Source of the DNA: Marsupella aquatica
Lineage: Eukaryota > Plantae > Marchantiophyta
Assembly (NCBI GenBank): GCA_973895155.1
Contig: OZ316894.1
Coordinates: forward strand, 26,397,240 to 26,461,239
DNA: 64,000 bases
Direction of reading: 5' to 3'
The notes under the pieces: generated by a model
What the model saw: only the letters and a program-made list of their open reading frames with translations
The model's database searches: none
What the model was told of the DNA's origin: nothing
Program-made: the position numbers and the translations under genes
Shown here: positions 56,797 through 64,000 of the stretch, in pieces
Numbering within the stretch: the stretch's first letter is position 1
Layout: each line of letters opens with the position of its first letter

Positions 56797-58342
56797 ACTC
56801 ACAATCAGATTATTAGCGGCTTTTGCCAAGGACACAGATGTTGCAGTGCCGAGAGTATCATGTAAGGCCATGATATACGATTCAGCAGCTGGTGTCGTTG
56901 TTATCCACGGAAAGTTCATTTCCACAAGTTCTCCAAAAGTCTTTGTCTCCTCAGTTCGAGTTTGAGCACCACTCTCTTTTGGTCCGACCAATCGAGTTGA
57001 TAAAAGGCCGCCCTTTGTGTGGAAGAATATGGTACACGTCTTGTCAACAATCCCGCTATGATAAAGGAGATGAGCAGATGCCAAGGTTGCATGACCACAC
57101 AGACTAACCTGCGCAGCATTCGCATTTAGTCTCATTATTATTTCCACACCAACTACGGTGCTGAAAGAGATCTACTAGTTGCTTCAAGAAACTGGTCCGA
57201 ACCTCAAGTAATTTCAAAGAAAAAACCACGTCTTCGATGTTTCACCCTGAAAAACATAGGTGCAGTGCTTGACTTTCTTTTCATTTGACCTCAAGGTTGA
57301 GTACTCTAGGACAAAACAGCCAGTAGCTTCATTTCAATGAGACTTTACGTGAGCACGGCGTAGCATATACGGAGGTATGCTACGCCGTGCACATTAGTGA
57401 TTCTTGCACAACAAACTGTGCATATTAGTGATTCTTCAGTTAGAAAATTATACATGATCATGTAAGCGATAGTGCTTGATGAAGTCTGTACTGAGCAGAC
57501 CTTATACACGCTCAGGAATTGAACTCTTCGAACTGAAGCTATGTCATGAGCAACAACGTCCCTCAACGTCGAGTCAGCTTTTTGGGCCCTGGGCAGGTGC
57601 AGTTGAGAGAAAGAAAGTTTTCAAGTCGGTACGCACCTCAGTTGTAGGAGTGAACCACCGTAGGTCATACTCATGAATCACATTTTCAAGTTCCCCATGT
57701 GTGTCGGAATCATGTTTGCTGTCCACTTTCTCTCCATTTCCTTCTTTCTTTTGGGACGTCTTGTCCGTCTTTACAATATAAGCTGTTTCAGATAGGTTGA
57801 ACTCAGCCGCAACACGTTGCAACCAGTCGTCGTCTTTCCATTGCGTGAGCAGAACCACAGCTGCAGGGTTACCTTTACAGTTCTCCCCAACAAAAGCATC
57901 GACCTGCCATGCAAGTAAGTAGTAAGATCTAATTGACTAACCAACCAGTGGACACATTATTTTCCTCTGCCCAAAAACATTGAAAACCTTAGCCATTGTA
58001 CTACTATTTTGAGAAATCCAGCTGGGCTTTACATACTTCTCCGGCAATCGAAGGAAGAGAGTCGATTGCAGCAATTGTTCACAAATTCATAGTACTCGAC
58101 ACTCACATGTGATATTAACAGAGGGCAATTAGGAATGGTCACATCGTATAAACCCTATTTCAGTCGCTGTACCGAGAGGCCTTCAATTCCAAGAAGGAGT
58201 TCATGAGCAAAAGTTTTATCCTCTTATCAGTACACACCATCTGAAGAAGCAGGAAACTTACAACAGCGTATTCGATGGAGTCAGACGATCGAAACAGCGA
58301 TTCGAAAGCTTTCGCCAGCGGACGATCACTTCCCAACGCCAT
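55353..58342 (-). CDS. PhzC/PhzF-like (diaminopimelate-epimerase-fold) protein, 6 exons, ~335 aa
   Basis: Exons 58342-58262, 57903-57637, 57108-56803, 56252-56091, 55809-55726 and 55460-55353, all phase 0. Motifs VDAF..[61 protein letters not shown], SKRGG. The start codon and the exon-4 acceptor (AAG) are less certain. Confidence 0.92.
56752..56795. repeat. (GA)n microsatellite in PhzF-like intron 3
   Basis: About 22 GA units starting a few bases inside the 5' splice site. Confidence 0.95.
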
Positions 58343-60261
58343 TACTACTTTGACTCTGTCACTTCGGATCTCTTCCAATGCTCAAGCACCTAATGTCCGC
58401 AGTTTGTTGCTTGCAAGCGACTCCTCAACTACAACCAACAGCTGAGACTTCAACCGAATTCAGAGACACAATGTCATTCCTCCTTCTGCAGCCAACAATC
58501 AAATGAGATTTATATCGTAAGAAGTACATCCCCAAAATCTCACCAGAAGATACCAACAATTAAGCTTATCAACGAAAACAGTATCTACTTTTGTTGTCAA
58601 GAAACTTGGGGAACTGCGAAATGACGGCCAAAAATGTGCACAAATAGAGAACGACAACGAAGCATAAAAAATTGTAAAAGCTGGGTTAAGTATAGATTGA
58701 CACGAGAAAGTCAAACGATGTCAGCCAGATAATTGCATGAAATTACAAACAGAAGTGCAACAGCTCCTCAATCAAACGAACGGGTGCTGAACAGCAAAAC
58801 GCAGAGTCCAGAATTACGAAAGCCAAATCGCCAAAGAGTTCGAAAGCTAACGAAAATGACGAAGAGTGAGAAATTAACCCCCAAGCTTGTAACGTGCATT
58901 CTCATAGACAGGGAAGAACATAATTCCAAACCTGCCTAAGTGACAGTCACTGAAACTTAAGACGTACGTAATCCTTGTGCTGGAATGCATTTGTTCGTGC
59001 CCTGCCCCTGCGGTAATAACTTTTAATACGTGGGACGGTGCAACAAAAGGAGTTTACCACATCTCACAGGTCCGTTTTTTCTGGACTTGTATTATGAAGA
59101 AACGACCTGCAGATAACAGGGCATTACCAGCATTACCGGCCATAACGCAGGAAAATTAGGGCATTAGCTGGAGTTTTTTTGGGCTATTATTGCCCATAAT
59201 GCCCTCATAACAGGGCGTCAATACACATTAAAGCCCAGGAGATTGTTTGTTTTTACTGAGTAGGGGAAGAATTTCATAATGCCCCATGCTAGTCTGGATT
59301 GTGCATTCCTCTCTGAAAAAAATTCAAAGAGAAAAATCACAAAAGGCATTAAGTGCTAGGTGCAGCCCTCTCGCCAGGGCATTGTGAACGATAAAGCTCA
59401 AGGCAGTTTGGATATTTTATCCTGTGAGGGCTTTGGCTTTATGTCTAACATGCGTTTTGTTATCATCTTGTTTTCTGTTAAGAATAGTACACTGTCCATT
59501 CTAAGATTTGTGAAAGCCTTGGACAGCATGTGGAGGGCATTCCCAAGTTTTGCTGTGAATAAGAGCTCTAGAACATACAAACCCAAAATACAGGGAGGGC
59601 TTAAATGTTGGAAAAGAAAAGAGGGAAACTGCCAATGAAAGTTTAGCGGGGAAAACCCTCATTTATAAACACCAGCCATGACAGTTGGAACATAGACAAA
59701 AAAATCCTTACCACTCACCCTGACAAAGCCTAGACCCTTACTACAATCCTGCCTCAAGATTTCTCAATATTTACTTTGTGTTCTAAAGAAAAGTCTTTTG
59801 TTTTTGTCTGAAAAGAAAGTGACGAATGTACAAAAATGGCTAAACATGGTACAATGGAGAAACCTCAAATTAGGTCTAGAGAGGACAAAACACTAACCTC
59901 AAAAGAAGAGTGAACACTCAGCCCTCAAAAGGACAATGGATGACCTGGAATACCTCTAAAGAAGAAAAGCTAAGAAAATGTGTCCCTGCAGAGTGTGATG
60001 GCCTAATGGTACCCAAGGGAAGTGGAAGTACTTTCCTGGTAAAGTACTTAAACTTCTTATTTGGGGTAAAGTAGATTATTCCCTTGCAAAGTGAGGGCTC
60101 TAGATGGACAGGAGTGTTGTACTTCCATCTGTCTATGCAAGGAGAAGTCCCCAGGCACAAGGTGTACCACCATGACCCTCCCACACGCCACTAGCACACC
60201 CATACACAACCCACAACGCCACCCATGAACCAGAACATGTCTGCAAAGGTGCAGCCATCCT

Positions 60262-60359
60262 CCCATCCTCCCAGAATTGTGCCAAGGCAAGTGTTTCAAT
60301 CATAGGTAGTCCCATCCTCCCAGAATTGTGCCAAGGCAAGTGTTTCAATCATAGGTAGT
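60262..60359. repeat. Perfect 49-bp tandem duplication
   Basis: CCCATCCTCCCAGAATTGTGCCAAGGCAAGTGTTTCAATCATAGGTAGT x2. Confidence 0.95.
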
Positions 60360-60411
60360 GGAGCAAAGCTACCCGCACCAGTCTGACTAACATTTTAGTG
60401 GCTCGGTCTAA

Positions 60412-60792
60412 GAGCATCCGCACCAGTTTCCAGGTGGGGTGCTGCCAAACTCAAAATTTGCCCAAAGGTTGTCGGGCCTGCATCTGGGTTTAGGTCCCGC
60501 GCTCAAGTCATGCTGCACCAGTGCCTGCTAAAGGAGGCCTGGAAATCTTCAAAGATGTGTTGAACAGGCGAGGCAGGTTTTGGATCGTAGATGGGTTTTC
60601 CAAGAACCGTCAAGCGCGGTTTTCAGACTGCCAAAGGGGGCCGATATAGCAGTCAGCAAACAAGTATAGCTTGTGGCCTGAAAAGCGTCTAGCAATAGCA
60701 GCGACAAGTGCAACAGGGGAAATGACCAGGACCTGGGAAAAGCAAGCTTTTACAAGCCCAATGCCTTTTGGCAGGCACTGGTGCGGATGCTC
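60412..60792. mobile_element. PIF/Harbinger (Tourist-like) MITE, 381 bp
   Basis: Perfect 16-bp TIRs GAGCATCCGCACCAGT / ACTGGTGCGGATGCTC. Flanks are TAA and TAT (3-bp TSD with one mismatch). Confidence 0.85.
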
Positions 60793-61829
60793 TATGAATG
60801 AGAATGTAAACAGAAAAAGTCTCCTTTTTGGTGGTTCTTTCTCACAAACGAGAATCTAATTACAGGACATCTCCTGGTGGTTGACGTAATAATAATGACA
60901 GTGCGCAGACACAAAATTGACAGGGTCAAAGTTTGAATCTGGGATCTGATGATGCTAGCCCAAGTCCCAACCCGCAGATTGCATCTACGTGCCTAGGAAG
61001 ACCAGCTATGGATACTTGTACAGAAATAAATTAGTCTTAAGCTTCGAGTCAGAGAAGTACACATTAAACCAGTTTGAGAATTTGAGAGCTGGACCATGGT
61101 AAAAAATCTGCTGGAAATGAGAATAGCAAATGAACTCGCATGCATCGACGTTCACAGGAGAGGGTCACCTTTTCACCCTACCTTGCACGGAGTATTGAAA
61201 ATGATACGTGCAATGCTCAAAACAGGTCCTGCTGTGTTTACAGCTTGTCAGAAACACGAGTGTTCTCGTTTCTACTAACACCTCCCTTTTTCTATCATTA
61301 TAACATACAACATACCCAAAATAAGCCATCACGAATTTCTTGTGGGAGATAAATAAGCAAGATCGTGTTTGGGACACAGACCATGACATGGCTGAATGGG
61401 GAGGCTAGAAATCTCAACTTCACTTCCCGGAGGACCTTTCAATCGCCCATTTTCAAAACCAAACATTTGTGCTCCGAGATTAGCGAGCTTCCACTTCAGT
61501 GGATACCTACCGTAGCCGATAATATCTTCCCGCCGCTCTGTTAAAAACTATTCATGTAGACAGGCATTTAAACCTGGATTGATCCAAATAAACAACTGAC
61601 GTGGAACAGTATAGAAATTCACTGTGATGTGTAGCTTTGAAATCACCCTAAAACAATGGGGTCCACAGAAAAAGGAATCCAGTTCAATCGGTTCAGAATA
61701 TCTTCAGAGTGCAGCTTCCTGCTGTTATAAATTATCCAAACTAACAACTAAGGCAAAGAATTGTACATGTACCACTGACTAACTATAAGTACACCTTGGT
61801 CTATAAATTGACAACACTTAATACTTACA

Positions 61830-63112
61830 CTAACCAATTGAACTAACAGCTGCTTGTGCCGCAGGAAGGAAGGTCATGCAGATTGGTGGCTCTATTTTGC
61901 AAAGAGACAGAATTGCAGCAGGTATAGTCCACACTCCATCGCCACAAATTAACCCTGATGCCAGTACTCCAGAATAAACGCCTGCCTCTTTCCTGTTGAT
62001 CTTCTCCCAGAAAAAGAGGATTACAGTTCCAAAAAACATATCGATGGTGTAATAAGCTCCAACGTAAAAGGGAATAGCCATGGCCATTGGGATGGGAATG
62101 TACTTCACGTACTTCTCCGGACCCACATCACGGATCCAGTTGAGTACAATTGCAAGGATAAAGGCCACAATACAAAATTCCAGGCAATGGCTTGGAAAGG
62201 CCGAGAATCCTGATACTCCCAAAATGGCCATTTCTCGAAAAATGATGGCATTGGGAACCTTGTACTCTCCTGTTTGTGAGCCCAAGTCAAACGCAGTCCA
62301 GAACATCCAAAACGTAACGGGTGCTATGACACAACCAAAGACAGTTCCCAAAAGCTGGCTAACAAACATGGATCTAGGTGATGACAATGTGAGATAACCA
62401 GTTTTGAAGTCCTGCATTAAATCAGCAGCAGTAGAAACGATAGACATCATTACTCCACAAGCCGTTAATCCGGCAAGGACACCACCATCTTGTCCTGCCC
62501 ATGACGCAAAGATGAAGAGACCCAGCTTTCCATAAGTAGTCCCTAGACTCCAGTCTGTGAGTCCTGCTCCATATGAGTTGCAGAAGGCGAGAACTGGTGC
62601 AACGATATAACACAAGAAAACAAAGTACCACTTCATGGCTGGAAAGATCTGTGGAATGAGAGCCACAGATATGGCAGCAAGGGCAACATAGCCAGACATC
62701 GCAATCCACATCGGGACACCCTCAGCCAAGAAGACCTCCTTCCTCTTCTTATCATCCGGTGTTTCTTCAGCTCCTTGTGCATCTGGTGAACCAAAGTTGT
62801 GGACAAAGCAATAAGAGTTTCACATCACAAGTTACAGTTCAAAACTAAGGTACAGGACGCAATTCACCGAACACAACCAAAACTCTTTTCTCAAATTTAA
62901 ACCGCTCTACTTCTCCTTGCCAAGGAACATAAAACAAATTAAGGAGAAGAGCTTCTATTCCAAAGCCAGCAATCCATGCATTTTTACAAACCTGCCACAA
63001 GAGGGAGCAACCCATTCCGGTACGTTGTAAACAAAGCTTCCCCAGTCACAATAAGAATCTTGGTGAAATTGTACAATCCATCTCCGAGTACTAGAGCAAG
63101 TGCAATAAAAAC
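61830..63112 (-). CDS. YSL: YELLOW STRIPE-like metal-nicotianamine transporter (OPT family), last two exons; 5' part not found in window
   Basis: Exons 63112-62992 (VFIALALVLGDGLYNFTK) and 62782-61830. Motifs LAFCNSYGAGLTDW, AADLMQDFKTGYLTLSSPRSMF, IFREMAILGV, PIPMAMAIPFYVG, ASGLICGDGVW, PPICMTF. Confidence 0.95.
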
Positions 63113-63170
63113 CTGCATAGCACAACTAGTGGTGAATTGAGATAATCAAGACAGTTTTGCATTCTTGTGT

Positions 63171-63406
63171 TCCAATCTAAACGGAACACAAATTAGTCCC
63201 TCTACTGAAAATCGGTCCGCATAAAAGGAAAATTTCATGTAAAGTTCTGTAAAGGATTTCAGGGTAGGGTCAAATTGAAGGTATAATTTCCAATCTAAAC
63301 GGAACACAAATTAGTCCCTCTACTGAAAATCGGTCCGCATAAAAGGAAAATTTCATGTAAAGTTCTGTAAAGGATTTCAGGGTAGGGTCAAATTGAAGGT
63401 ATAATT
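63171..63406. repeat. Perfect 118-bp tandem duplication in YSL intron
   Basis: TCCAATCTAAACGGAACAC...CAAATTGAAGGTATAATT at 63171-63288 and 63289-63406. Confidence 0.95.
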
Positions 63407-64000
63407 GTAAAGGTCTCAGGCTTCTCCGTTTTAAGAAGACTGAAGGGGCAGGCCGGACCCCAGTCTCCAGATCATCCTGTAGATGAGCCTGATTTGTCCA
63501 TTCGCTCCATTGCTTCTATTATAATATTTTGTACAGTACTTGCTACTGGGGTTTTGCCACCCAGCAGGATGAATGAAAATCCAGAGAGCAGTGAGTCCTA
63601 CTTAAGGGCGTCCTTGAATGTATAGTCGCTTCTTCTCCCTGACGCCCTGCTGTATGCAGGCCGTTTTCTGGGTGCTCTGTGTGGGTTGACGATATGGATT
63701 CGGAAGAGTGAATTAAGAAACCATATCTAGAGCTGAGTAAATAAGACTTCAGTCACTCTAGTGAGCCTTCCTCTTCAAGGTTACATCGGGACGACGTAAA
63801 ATAGAATAGAGCTGAGAAAGCTACGCTCTAATGATCTGGAAGAAGGGACTGCTGGATCTGAAGACGGCTAACGACAATCTGTGCAACATCGCACGTACAG
63901 AGCACATTGCTTCATAAAATTCAGAAAATTGACATTTGAAATTAGGACGCTTATCTCCTCTCATCTCATCTCATTCATTCATAAAATCCGGTTTTTCCTA

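Noticed and set aside
55353-58342. Phenazine biosynthesis cluster or recent bacterial transfer
   Set aside because: It is a single PhzF-like gene with five spliceosomal introns and no other phz genes; the family is widespread in plants.
62783-62991. Apparent phase conflict between the last two YSL exons
   Set aside because: On recount the upstream exon is 121 nt and joins as G|AT, so the frame is intact.
55353-63112. Functional cluster linking PhzF-like and YSL (metal chelator synthesis plus transport)
   Set aside because: Adjacency only; nothing in the sequence supports co-regulation or a shared pathway.

Overview
This is eukaryotic land-plant genomic DNA, not a prokaryotic window: it has spliceosomal introns and CpG-depleted transposon debris between genes. 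The style suggests a bryophyte or liverwort, but that assignment is inference only. Six protein-coding genes could be reconstructed by hand: (1) an intronless, kinase-less legume-lectin protein with a hydrophobic helix on each side of the lectin domain (+, 12078-13751); (2) cyclin T (+, 6 exons); (3) an intronless lectin/extensin chimera whose lectin fold is interrupted by a Pro-rich tandem repeat (-, 34815-36785); (4) the PP4/PPX phosphatase catalytic subunit (-, 8 exons, one GC-AG intron); (5) a PhzF-family epimerase-like gene (-, 6 exons); and (6) the 3' part of a YSL/OPT transporter (-). Decayed receptor-kinase fragments lie on both sides of the lectin/extensin gene, which suggests a degenerating L-type lectin receptor kinase locus. 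Intergenic DNA holds L1-type LINE and Ty3/Gypsy remnants, MITEs of three superfamilies (two with exact target-site duplications, one with a one-mismatch duplication) and many short tandem duplications. All assignments come from manual motif reading; no database searches were run.
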